The notes under the pieces were generated by a model. The model made no database searches, was not told the DNA's origin, and saw only the letters and a list, made by a program, of their open reading frames with translations. From Pristiophorus japonicus (taxonomy: Eukaryota), in NCBI RefSeq assembly GCF_044704955.1, contig NC_091984.1:177754001-177818000 (forward strand): DNA of 64,000 nt, written 5' to 3'. Made by a program: the position numbers and the translations under genes. Positions within the stretch are counted from its first letter, which is position 1. The number at the start of each line of letters is the position of its first letter. Positions 51,701 through 60,000 of this stretch are shown piece after piece.

Positions 51701-54700
51701 TGTCCATCAACAAACTTAAATTCAACTGAGAGTTACAAAATGTTCACATGGATTTTAATTGAACATCTGTACAATTGAGGGTTGATTTCTAATTCGTTAA
51801 TTTAGTTGGTTCACATATCTTGGAACAGTAACCAAAGTAGTCTTCTCGCCCTAATCACTGTCTGATTCTCATGATAATTCGCACTAGAGAAGTCCTTTGA
51901 AATTATCATTCCAGCAGAAACACATCAAAATCAGTTTATGTATAGTCAAGTTAAAAAAATATGTGAGTATTGAATTCTTGTTCCTAACAAAAAATAATTT
52001 TGAGAGTGAAAGATCAGCAACATATCAATTTTCGTGATTTTGAGGGGCCTCCTGTTCAACTGGCGTAAAAGGCATTGAATTGCTTGGGATTTGAAACTCA
52101 AAGAGTCACGTTCTGAAGACAACGTTGCTGCTCTTTCCGCTATAGTGGCTGTTTTCTTACCATTTGCAGATTTGTCAGTTCCAACGATATTTCCAACTGA
52201 GTTCCGTAGTTCTTTGATATCAACAGTTATCTTTATGTCTGCGAATTAAAATGTATTTTCAAAATTCATAAACAAACCCTGCTCAACGTATGAGGAATGA
52301 ATATACGTTTGCCTGCTGCGTGTACTACACGCAGGATGGACTGCACAAACTCAATAAGGCTTCTTTAAAAGCACCACTCAAACCCGCAACCTCCACAACG
52401 CAGGTGCTTGGGCACGTAATCACCTACAGATTCAATGTGCATTCGTATCCTACCATATCAGTTTGCTATCTCCATCATTAGGTCAGAAATACGCATGCTC
52501 GCTAATGATTACACAGCGTTCAGTTCAATTCTCAGATCATCAGCTAATGAAACTCTATGCACTCATGCAGCAAGAGCTGGATAACATCCAGGTTTGGGTT
52601 AATAAGTGGTAAGTAACATTCGCGCCACACAAGGCAAGTCGATCTCAATCTCTAACAAGCGAAAGTCTAACCACTGTCGCTTGACATTCAATGGCATTAC
52701 CATCGTCAAAGCCCCGCCATCAACAGCCTGGTACTCACCATTAACCAGAAACTTAACTGGTCCAGCCACATAAATATTGTGGCTACAAGAGCAGGTCCGA
52801 GGCTGGGAATTTTGCAGCGAGTGTCTCACCTCTTGTCTCCCCAAATCCTTTCAACCATCTACAAGGCTCATGTCTGGAGTGTGAGGAAACACTCTCCACT
52901 TCCCTGGTTGAGTGTAGCTCCAACAAAACTCAAGAAGTTCTAAGAAAATCCAGGGCAAAGCAGCCCACTTGCTCAGCAGCCCATCCACCACCTTAAACAT
53001 TCACTTCCTCCATCACCAGTACACCGTGGCACCATTTACAAAATTCATTGCAGCAACTTAACAACGCTAATTTGACAGCCCGTCCCAAACCTGCTATCTC
53101 TACCGCCTATCTGGACAAGTGCAGTCGGTGTATGGGAACAACATCACATCCAGGTTCCTCTCCAAGTCATACACCACCCCGGCTTCGAAATATATTGCCT
53201 TCTTCGTCATTTGGTCAGAATCCTGCAACTCCATATCTAAAAGCATTGTTGGTGCCCTTTCGCCACGTGGACTGCTGCGGTTGAAGAAGATGGCTTAACT
53301 TCTCAAGGTTATTTATGAATGGGCAAAAAATGCTAGCTTTGTCAGCGACACCCATATACCCATATACCATAAATGAAAAAGCTCAGACTGCTGCCATTGT
53401 GTCGCTGGATACCACTGTTCGAGTGGGTTTCCAGGGCAACACAGCAGCTCATCAATCTGTTCTCCAATGGATCAGTAGGATTGATGAGGCACTGCCTCGG
53501 GAGAGTGGCAATGGCTCCATGGAATACGAACGTGATGTTCTCTCTCAGAATGACATCATGCCTACTCCCTGCCCTGCCACTCCACCAATACCCTTCCTGT
53601 TACCTGTCAGACATTTGCCCAGACAGCTGCAGCCCAGGGCGAGATGGTGTAGTCTGGAGCCAGGCCTTCTAGGCTGAGAAGATCTCGCGGTCATCCTTCA
53701 AGGACATTTGCAGTCTCTTCTGGGGACGCACCTCATAGGAGCACTAGGCTAGGTAAAGCCACGCGGAAGAAAGACACTCATGGAATACGCTTGTGTGATT
53801 CGTATATTTTTGTAATGATTGAATTTATAAAATTGGTTGTGCAATTTCTGGTGATTTTAGTGTTTGTGTTGTCAGAAAGAGAATGACATGATGTTCTGTG
53901 ACAGAGGAAAGGTAAGGAGTGTGGGACTGTTGGGGAATAGGGAGGTGTGGTTAAGGTCACAGGTATCACCCAGCAGCCAGCATCTGGCTTGCCACGGTGG
54001 GCCAAATAGAGGTGGCACAGAGGACTGCTGCTGAATGAAAAATACCGTGAGGCTGCCAGGATAACGGCCATTCACATGCATAATGCACTACCTGTGTTCA
54101 GATACCAGCTGTACATTGAAGGAGTGAATTGGTTTTCCATTCATGAAAATAACCCAGTTCACATGAGCTGCATGCAAGGCACAGTGCATCCAGTCAATGG
54201 CACACTGCACCATGGGGAAGCCGACAATTTATACAAAGCCTCATTCTCGCTCTGCCTGCTTGTCTCTGGCACCAGAGAATAAGGCTAAACTGTTGTCCTG
54301 TGTATAGAGAGCCCCCGTAATGCCCCTTGCAGTGCGCTGCTAGATGTTGCATATATCTTCACCAGCAGCCTGGAAGGAACCAGCCGCATAAAAGTTAAGA
54401 GCCATGGTCACCTTGCCAGGCACAGATAATGCTGTCATTGCCCTGTTTGAGAGTGCACTTATGGCTGAGTTGCCCGGTGGCAGAGTTCAGTCACAACCTC
54501 TTTTATGACGTATCAAGCGTTGATTCCTCCTCCTTCTTCTCGCGTCTAAACTCTATTGAAAAAACAGACTCTTCGCCAACATAGATAGACTGAGTGGAAA
54601 TGTTATGGTAACTTCAGTGGGAATTTTCGTAAATTGAAAATGGCCATTCACGCAGTTTCTCTGGGGGTTCTGACGGTCTTCCGCACCCGCATGAAACATT

Positions 54701-56473
54701 CAGGTCACAGAAATTTTACTCCCGTTCATCCTAGCAGGCTGACCAGGATGTGCTACAAATGCTCTCTGCTCCTGCACGAAATATTTTAATGCGTTTGAAC
54801 CGAGGGAGCAAGCTCAGCAGTGCAAACCGTAGTGTCTAATTTCCGCGCTAGTTCCCCAACGAAAATTTGAAGGCATCACAGGAGAAGGTTAAAAATGGCC
54901 TTTTCTGCAGGGTGTCCACCGTTTTTTTGTGTGTAAATAATTCGGGAAATGGGAAGCTAGCCTGCGGATATTCCCTTTACTAAAGGAATTCCCAACTTGC
55001 TGATAAACTGTGGCCACAGGAAATTCAGTCCCACAGTGCAGAAGATGGGGGAAATTTGGACATTTGGTGATGCCGGGAAACGGGTGATATCGGTTCATCC
55101 GTTCTTTACATCTGACTTCCGATATTCATTTCCAGAGACGCTCTCCACCCAATCATATTCACGTCTTGCATTCAGATTCGAAATAGGTTTGCTAAGATTC
55201 ACCCCAGAGAAATTGTAGAGATGTTTTAAAATAAAACTTTGCGGTTTTCTGGCAGTGCAGATCAGCCCATATGTGCATTTGCGATGCTTCTACATAACAA
55301 CCAGCGGAATCCGCACCCGCCTCCATACCCCGGTGAGCAAACCATTTGGCTGTTTTTCGTTTCCCTCACAAATTACTAAAAGCTGCGGACACTGTCTGTA
55401 CACAAACGTTAAAATGAATCATACAGCAGTATGAGTAGAAATTCCTCGTCAGTGACTCATTTTTTAGTTTAATTCATGGGATGTCAACGTCATTGGTATG
55501 GTCAGGAATTATTGCCCATCCCTAATTGTCTTGCGAAGAAGTTGGTGAGCCGCCATCTTGAACCGTTGTAGACCATGAGGTGAAGGTTTGTCCTAGTGGT
55601 TTTGTGTGGCTTGCTGGGCCATTTCAGTTAGCAGTTAATGTGGGTCTGAAGTCACATGTAGACCAGACCGAGTAAGAACTGCAGGTTTCCTTCCCTAAAG
55701 GACGTTAGTGAACCAGATGGGGTTTTCCAACAATCCTGTAATTGCATGGTCACCATCACTGACACAAACTTTTTATTCCAGATTTAATTAATTAACTGAA
55801 TTTCAATTCTACAATTGCCGTGGTGTGATTTGAACTCATGTCTTCGATCACTAGTCCAAGTCTCTGGATCCCTAGTCCAGTTACATAAGCACCACGCTAC
55901 CATTTCCATCATGTAGAAATTGTTAGAGTGTTAGCGCCAAACGGGTGGTATGCTATTGATAACGGAACTGAATATTGGGTGGGGAGTATAACTGGAGATT
56001 CATACTATATCGCCGGTTTTGTGCTATCGCCACAGACCAATTTCTAAATGAGTCACAGACGAGCAATGTCTACCGGTTCAAGCGCAGGCCGACACATATC
56101 TTCTTAGGGTTCAGTAATGTAGCAGAACGTAAGTCAATTGTAGTATCAATACTTACAAGCAATAATGGCCATTGCTGTCACAACTCCTAGGCAAGTAAGA
56201 ATAATGCAGAAATTTACGTCTCTTTTCTTTGGTCGAGTCAATCGAGCCCAGTCCAACCCTAAGTGAGAACATATAGATGGAAATAAATAAAGCAAAGTTA
56301 AAAATGAAGCAATGAACAATGTAAAGCTGTTTACAAAATTAAAATCTATACATAACGTTTGAATATTGTTAATTACCTTCTTTGACCAGCACACTGTTTT
56401 CATTATCACACATGTCTAAACTCTGGATGGTGTTTGCAGGAGGTCCTTCGTCCATTGTACTTGATTGATTCAT
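642..56473 (-). CDS. Multi-exon type II transmembrane C-type lectin receptor (group II, CD209/CD23/CLEC4/CLEC17A-like) with a very long repeat-exon coiled-coil stalk; 3' end (last CTLD exon) is outside the window
   Basis: 21 AG/GT-bounded exons join in one frame (1880 nt in window): cytoplasmic exon, TM exon, 17 phase-1/1 stalk exons (one tentative), CTLD exon with CPEHW..KCYFFS, CTLD exon with YWIGLTD..EGVWRWEDG. Orthology cannot be assigned by eye. Confidence 0.9.
1341..1458. repeat. Inverted repeat with 51-bp arms, inside a GC-rich MITE-like segment (about 910-1566)
   Basis: Arms 1341-1391 and 1408-1458 match at 46/51 positions, with a 21-bp perfect core ccgaaaccgccacaaaggaaa. Confidence 0.9.
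2310..6346 (+). mobile_element. Near full-length decayed CR1 LINE
   Basis: ORF1 CTSCDMWE and SGNH-esterase remnants (VIGGSIVRGTEKCFC..), APE and RT remnants (GPDEIYPRLLRE, YINNL, KFADETK, LEYCVQFWSPHY), 3' tail ctctatgattctatga. Confidence 0.9.
7485..7630 (-). CDS. CTLD exon 1 (A)RNLCPEHWILLAGKCYFFSTSKENFANARKACQSSLSNMVVINSRMEQ
   Basis: Long-form C-type lectin N-terminal motif CPxxW...CYFFS...A...C; 146 nt phase 1/0; tatag acceptor, gtatga donor. Confidence 0.95.
8755..8808 (-). CDS. Tentative CTLD-proximal stalk exon (V)PYFELWSQVQRGKLLTH
   Basis: tttacttag acceptor, ATG|gtaagc donor, 54 nt phase 1/1; no paralog support and other AGs nearby. Confidence 0.45.
9763..10965 (+). pseudogene. Harbinger DDE transposase remnant
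   Basis: TALPVAVKVT, VQGAIDCTHIAL, LLGDKG*PL, IELTIGILKQ and CCMLHNLAI motifs with stops and frameshifts. Confidence 0.9.
11030..11605 (+). mobile_element. RTE-tailed SINE-like element nested in the Harbinger
   Basis: Homologous to about 21900-22500; ends gtcatcctcgatccgagggaccgc. Confidence 0.75.
13255..13470 (-). pseudogene. Harbinger Myb/SANT-like DNA-binding protein remnant
   Basis: QWEEVTAEINARGVAPRTLMQCRKKFNTLAR trihelix motif. Confidence 0.85.
14245..14440 (-). mobile_element. 3' part of a Deu-SINE/L2-tailed SINE (SacSINE-like)
   Basis: ggcgctacataaatgcaa L2-type tail on the minus strand; homologous to 58375-58500. Confidence 0.65.
14458..14532 (-). CDS. Type-A stalk exon (V)ARISDKIQKLEQSLSTVRQTLQKY
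   Basis: 75 nt, phase 1/1, canonical sites. Confidence 0.85.
15407..15502 (-). CDS. Type-B stalk exon (D)YQIVSTQKLNADSIKALKASLLSELKDVKPN
   Basis: 96 nt, phase 1/1, canonical sites. Confidence 0.85.
15798..15872 (-). CDS. Type-A stalk exon (V)ARISDKVQKLEESLSTLGQTLQKH
   Basis: 75 nt, phase 1/1, canonical sites. Confidence 0.85.
17946..18766 (-). mobile_element. 5'-truncated CR1 nested inside the RTE ORF
   Basis: Interrupts RTE DAVIVTI|..GNKSDCGNY; KCEVIHLG, LEYCMQFWS; (TTCTTATG)n tail. Confidence 0.92.
20720..21245. repeat. GC-rich degenerate tandem repeats in the RTE 5' leader
   Basis: About 36-bp units (..ttctatcccaggccgaaagga..), about 17-bp units (gggcccgccagctcttc) and about 31-bp units (ggccggcg.tgaac..gaaggga). 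Confidence 0.8.
21570..22502 (+). mobile_element. RTE-tailed SINE-like insertion
   Basis: Ends ggaagcaagtcatcctcgattcgagggactgcctatgatgatgat like the RTE tail; flanked by an atcaca(g/a) duplication; absent from the paralogous site at about 14930. Confidence 0.8.
22974..23069 (-). CDS. Type-B stalk exon (D)SEIASTQKLNADSLNALKASLLSELQDVKLN
   Basis: 96 nt, phase 1/1, canonical sites. Confidence 0.85.
23370..23444 (-). CDS. Type-A stalk exon (V)ARISDKIQKLEESLSTLGQTLQKH
   Basis: 75 nt, phase 1/1, canonical sites. Confidence 0.85.
24756..24851 (-). CDS. Type-B stalk exon (D)SQIVSTQKLNADSLKALKASLLSDLQHVRPN
   Basis: 96 nt, phase 1/1, canonical sites. Confidence 0.85.
25845..25907 (-). CDS. Type-C stalk exon (A)ITMQESLSDIRRTFQTLRET
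   Basis: 63 nt (21 aa, three heptads), tgtttcag acceptor, CAG|gtgaga donor. Confidence 0.85.
25960..28060 (-). mobile_element. Old CR1 remnant (minus) with a nested plus-strand LINE 3' fragment at about 26040-26440
   Basis: LEKLGLFSLEQRK..LREMFRI; tail near 25960; duplicated at 39535-40815. Confidence 0.8.
28509..29214. mobile_element. Non-autonomous Harbinger-type MITE; paralog at 34221-35567 (split by an inversion), relative at 58625-59179
   Basis: GGG..GAA(A/C)TTC / GAATTTCTC(C/A)CCC termini, shared internal sequence, AAA on both flanks. Confidence 0.7.
29375..29470 (-). CDS. Type-D stalk exon (D)SQIADNLKWTTDSVKILNASLSSQLQNMQQN
   Basis: 96 nt, phase 1/1, tttctag acceptor, gtaaga donor. 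Confidence 0.85.
30353..32628. mobile_element. Solo LTR (about 0.9 kb) interrupted by a Penelope-like element
   Basis: TGTTAGAAA...TTTCTAACA termini, 4-bp TSD ATAG (30349-52, 32629-32); paralogous modules carry the empty site ttttatagtccc. Confidence 0.8.
30557..31918 (+). mobile_element. 5'-truncated Penelope-like element with GIY-YIG remnant and inverted terminal segment
   Basis: FTCTSFNLVYCIRCS*CGLLYIGETKHRLG at about 31230-31320; 30560-30640 is an inverted copy of about 31800-31885. Confidence 0.88.
32858..32953 (-). CDS. Type-B stalk exon (D)SQIASNQELNADLLKALKASLLSELADVKLN
   Basis: 96 nt, phase 1/1, canonical sites. Confidence 0.85.
33251..33325 (-). CDS. Type-A stalk exon (V)ARISDKIQRLEESLSTLGQTLQKH
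   Basis: 75 nt, phase 1/1; donor gtacga is weaker than gtaaga in the paralogs. Confidence 0.7.
34762..35420 (-). repeat. Inverted duplicate of 33520-34176
   Basis: Reverse complement aligns colinearly over about 650 bp; it splits the MITE at 34221-35567. Confidence 0.92.
35730..35825 (-). CDS. Type-D stalk exon (D)SQLADNLKLTTDSVKILNASLSSQLQNMQQD
   Basis: 96 nt, phase 1/1, canonical sites; diverged relative of type B; internal NAS sequon. Confidence 0.85.
36904..36999 (-). CDS. Type-B stalk exon (D)SQIASTQKLNADSLKALKATLLSELQGVKTN
   Basis: 96 nt, phase 1/1, ttccag acceptor, gtaagg donor. Confidence 0.85.
37290..37343 (-). pseudogene. Type-A stalk pseudo-exon lacking its splice donor
   Basis: Compared with 15798-15872, 25 nt (ttaccgtgtttctgcaaagtctgtc on +) including the GT donor are deleted between TGTC microhomologies. 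Confidence 0.85.
38406..38501 (-). CDS. Type-B stalk exon (D)SQIASTQKLIADSVKTLKASLLSELQNVKPN
   Basis: 96 nt, phase 1/1, tttacag acceptor, gtaaga donor. Confidence 0.85.
39423..39484 (-). pseudogene. Frameshifted type-C stalk pseudo-exon (62 nt)
   Basis: Paralog of 25845-25907 with a 1-nt deletion; reads (V)KTMQESLSIIRRIFRL-stop; donor GAC|gtgaga versus CAG|gtgaga in the paralog. Confidence 0.75.
39535..40815 (-). mobile_element. Duplicated CR1/LINE remnants paralogous to 25960-27980
   Basis: Same order of fragments next to the type-C exon. Confidence 0.75.
40830..42470 (+). mobile_element. 5'-truncated CR1-clade LINE (HER1-like, shares its tail with the HE1 SINE)
   Basis: KAMAPDNI..CAPELAMPL, GVPQGSLLSPTIF, MFADDC; tail caccaccttctcaagggcaatt. 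Confidence 0.85.
42830..43200 (-). mobile_element. Harbinger transposase N-terminal remnant
   Basis: HVYRP and VLNVAMKITTSINVDTTRSFQA resemble ALPVAVKVT..LNFYA.GSFQA. Confidence 0.55.
43524..43601 (-). CDS. Unique stalk exon (D)LHISKEIKQLQASFKKVNTELQSLK
   Basis: ttttcaag acceptor, AAG|gtaaat donor, 78 nt phase 1/1, clear heptad pattern. Confidence 0.8.
44488..44568 (-). CDS. Unique stalk exon (E)SEIAMPAGQSSDYRIEFNSEQKIKTY
   Basis: tttctttaaatttcag acceptor, ATG|gtaaga donor, 81 nt phase 1/1, open frame. Confidence 0.75.
46320..46582 (+). mobile_element. HE1-type SINE, 5' truncated
   Basis: catctggttcactaatgtc..agggaag..ctccagac..ctcaagggcaattagg body and tail. Confidence 0.75.
49490..51670 (+). 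mobile_element. Internally deleted CR1 LINE (ORF1 and APE joined to the 3' tail)
   Basis: CNSHALWEL and MVGYLPAAKVNSITERVQNILRG similar to 2500-3030; jumps from the NY..SL region to the cattctatggttccatgattctat tail. Confidence 0.8.
52161..52238 (-). CDS. Unique stalk exon (Y)IKITVDIKELRNSVGNIVGTDKSAN
   Basis: ttcgcag acceptor, ATG|gtaaga donor, 78 nt phase 1/1, open frame. Confidence 0.8.
52480..53365 (+). mobile_element. HER1-like LINE 3' fragment
   Basis: Homologous to 41600-42450. Confidence 0.75.
53375..54510 (-). mobile_element. Collapsed Harbinger remnant
   Basis: MTALSVPGKVTMALNFYAAGSFQAAGEDICNI on minus; 53380-53700 is an inverted match to 11800-12090. Confidence 0.75.
55470..55905 (-). 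mobile_element. HE1-type tRNA-derived SINE
   Basis: Head with ggactag..gagttcaaatc B-box, HE1 body, tail shared with the 40830-42470 LINE. Confidence 0.8.
56157..56258 (-). CDS. Lectin transmembrane exon (G)LDWARLTRPKKRDVNFCIILTCLGVVTAMAIIA
   Basis: cacttag acceptor, gtaagt donor, 102 nt phase 1/1; basic KKR cluster before a hydrophobic stretch indicates a type II signal anchor. Confidence 0.9.
56377..56473 (-). CDS. Lectin coding exon 1, cytoplasmic tail MNQSSTMDEGPPANTIQSLDMCDNENSVLVKE
   Basis: ATG at 56473 with an in-frame TGA 14 codons upstream; 97 nt ending AAG|gtaatt in phase 1, which fits the TM exon. Confidence 0.75.
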
Positions 56474-57629
56474 GTTTGCGAATGTGACAGGAACAGTTGA
56501 ACCTGTCTGGTTTCAATGCTGATAGCAAATGATCTGTTTGCCGTCTTAGCGATTCTCACGTGGGGATTTTGCTGAGTGTCATTTCTGATGAACTACAGTT
56601 GCATTGAGAAAAAAAAACAAATATGACACAGTGAAAGGAACTGAAAAAGTGTGAGTCTAACCAATGCATTTGTACTTAAAAAAACCGCTATTACTGAACC
56701 AAATTAAGGGTCGGCCAACCGTGCACTACCACTGCCTTAAAAGACGTGACTCCTGTGGGCAAGGTCATGATTGAGTTCTAAGCGTCGTCAAGCAGGAAAC
56801 CACTGCTGTTTTATTTTTTGAGCAATGCGAAGCAAACAGGCTGGCAGAATGTCCTTATCTACATTGACCCTGTTTCAGCGCTGGTCATGACCTGCATTGG
56901 AAAGTTAATACGGGGCAGAGATATGTCAGTGATTCGTTTTTTGCAAAAACAATTTTTATAGCCACTTTCAAAATCTGACTCAGCTATATCTGAAACTGCT
57001 AACATATGTATATTGCCCCCCCCCCCCCCGCCCCCACTCTTAATGACACAGCGTTCAGTTGTTTATATACTGCTCGGTCAAAGACTGCTTTCGATTTCCC
57101 GCAGATAATTATAATTTCCAAGATCTTTTTAACTTGGGATAACGTTGTGTAAGATCGCTCATCCTGTAACTGTATAGAACAATTTCACAATAAATCCCCA
57201 CATATAACAGGACTTGTTAAACAAATCATTGGGCTATGAAACACTGTTGGGATGAAGGAGGGGGCGTTGTGAGCTATTCTGGGCTGTCCTTGGTGGTGAC
57301 TTGTGGGGACAACTTTCAAAAGAACTACTTCACACCCAAGGTTGACATCTTGTAGTATGCTGACCAAAATATTTACCGCTTCGAGCACCACCCAAAGCAG
57401 TTTACATATTCCAACTTTTTGCTGGAATAGGTATTAAAAAAGTAGCTTTAAAATTAATAAGAAATAAACCACTTGTTTTAATTCTTCACCCACTCCCACT
57501 TTTCTGTCCTCGGCCTCTTATGCTGTTCTAATGAAGCTCAACAGAAGCTCGAGAAACAGCACCTCATCTTTCAATTAGCCACTTTACAACTCATCGGACT
57601 CAACGTTGAGTTCAGGAATTAAAGATTAT

Positions 57630-58370
57630 AACCACTATTCCCATTCACCAGGCTCTCCCTCCTCTGAGTTCACTCACCTCCTATCCTCCCTTAATCTCTC
57701 CCTCCATGTAAACTCCCCAACCCACATTCACTGTCATCCCCTCGACCTTGCCATCTCTCGTGGCCACGCTACTCCCATCATATCAAACGCAGATAAGTTC
57801 ATCCCACAGAACATCCACCGAACACTCTCCACCCACATTCCCCTTAAACCACCCCTAACCCTACTTCCTTCTGTGTCTGCCACTGGAAAAAAATCTCTCC
57901 TAACTCTCTTATGAAATCTCAACTGTTCAACCATTAAACCTCCATTCACCATAAAATTTCTGCAGCAATCGATCGACTCAACCATACCCTCACCACCACC
58001 TTTGATGCCATAGTCCCTATTAAAACAATTACTCTCTCGCAACCTGGCTGTTTCCCCTAGTACAGCCCTTAGCTTTGCTGCCATAAGTCCACGGGACGCA
58101 GACTTGAACGGATATGGTGTACAACTGGTTTAGCCAATCACCACCAGATCTGGCTGCACAACATAAAGCATTTTTGGGTCCTGCTCTCGTCTGCCAAAGT
58201 TGCTCACTATTCCAGAATCATTTTGGAATCCAATGATAAACCTGGCTTCTATTCACCACTGCTAACCATCTTCTTAATCCCCTCTCCCCTATCTACTCCA
58301 CCCTCACCTCTGACAACAACTGTGAGGAGCTCATGGACTTCTTTGCCTCTAACATTGAGATCATCCGTTC
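57630..58370 (+). mobile_element. L2 LINE endonuclease-region remnant
   Basis: LLSSLNLSLHVNSPTHIHCHPLDLAISRG. Confidence 0.7.
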
Positions 58371-58374
58371 AGAA

Positions 58375-58630
58375 TCAAGTACTTTTAGTGTGTAGTTACC
58401 GTTGTAATGTGGGAAACACGGCAGCCAATTTGTGCACAAGCAATCTCCCACAAACAGCAATGTGAAAATGACCAGATAATCTGTTTTTGTTACGTTGATT
58501 GATGGATAAATATTGACCAGGACACTAGGAATTACTCCCCTGCTCTTCTTCGAAATAGTGCCATTGGATCTTTTACGTCCACGTGAGAGAGCAGACTGGC
58601 CTCAGTTGAACGTCTCATCCGAAAAACGGC
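58375..58630 (-). mobile_element. Deu-SINE (SacSINE-like) fragment
   Basis: Homologous to 14330-14430 plus cttcttcgaaatagtgccat..aacgtctcatccgaaa core. Confidence 0.65.
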
Positions 58631-59699
58631 GATCGCAAAGAGCATTGATGAAGGCCCCTTCCAGCCATTATAGGTGTGGGTCACTAGAGTCTTTACAGCA
58701 CCGCCAAATTATTCGAGGAGTGCAGAACGGCGATATGCTGTGGGATGAAATGCAAAGTTCTTTGATGGCCCGTAACACTCCGGGGAGTACGCAGCCTTTA
58801 TTTTTCTGCAGCTACATCCTGTGCTCTCTGCCACTCATTAACCTTTGGAACGTAAGTACCGTGACAGCAGGGGGACATCCCTTTAAGTAGCGCCCGGCCA
58901 ACCACTAGTCAGTTGGTTCATGCACCCGCTCCATAGTCCTGTTGGCGTGAGTTCGTAAGGCGGAAGGCGTCATTGAAGTTGGCAGATCGGGCGCCCACCG
59001 AGCCGTGCACACTCACTGACATCACGATCTGCGTGGCGTAAGGTGCCGAGGCACTAACTATTATTGCCTCGGGCCTCGTGAATTTGAAGTGCAGCGCTTT
59101 AATCGCCTCACCAAGACGCTGCTGCTTGCGCGCCCAGTTCGTGCTCCGCCAGTTACTAACATGTTGAATTTCTCTCCCCATAATTTTTCCAGTTCTGATG
59201 ACAGATTATCGGCCTGAAATGTTCACCTGTTTTTTTCCTACACAGATTCTGCCTGACCTGCTGAACATTTTCTGTGTTAATTTAAGAAAGAAACCAATTT
59301 TGACCCTTGAAATATAGCAGCGGATCAGTTTTTGCCAGCCAGGTATAATTAACGTTTATTTTGAACTTTCAAGCAAATTTGATTTCTAATACTACAATTG
59401 TTCCCATATATAGAAAATGATAAGGGATTAAAAGCTGCCATCGAAATTATTGGGCTACTTCAGTTTGTTAACTATTCTACTGGCGAAATACTGGTTATAC
59501 GCAAAAAACAGGTAGATCCAATCAGGTCGATGCTATCCTTTAACCCAGGTTGCTTGCTATATGTGCGAAACTACATGCATTTTAACTCAATAATGATATA
59601 AACTAACAGTTGAATATTGCCAGAAATGGCGTCTTCAACCAAAGTGTGTCCTCCGACTTTCATTTGTACAATGCCCCTCTCTTGAACTCACTTTTATCC

Positions 59700-60000
59700 T
59701 AAATGTTCAATTTCAGCATGACGCTTCAGTGTCACTCTCCACTTGTTACTAACCTATAAATACCACCTGCTGAAAATGACTAAGTAAGTCAAAACCCGAA
59801 ATAACGTAATTGTTAAACTTGTGGATTCTGTCTGGGGAGCAAATATCTCCAGTTTACTCACAGCTGCGCTCGCGCTCTCTTATTCAGTTGCGGAATATTG
59901 CATTCCTATTTGGGCTCACTCAATGCACACTAATTGGTGGATACTCAAATGCATTCAAGTTTTTGGAGTGCATCATGGGTCAGCTGCCTCTTGTGTAGCT
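59700..60000 (+). mobile_element. Ingi/Vingi-like LINE remnant
   Basis: WGANISSLLTAALALSYSVAEYCIPIW resembles the post-RT WGA..ALAL.YS.AEYC.PVW block. Confidence 0.55.
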
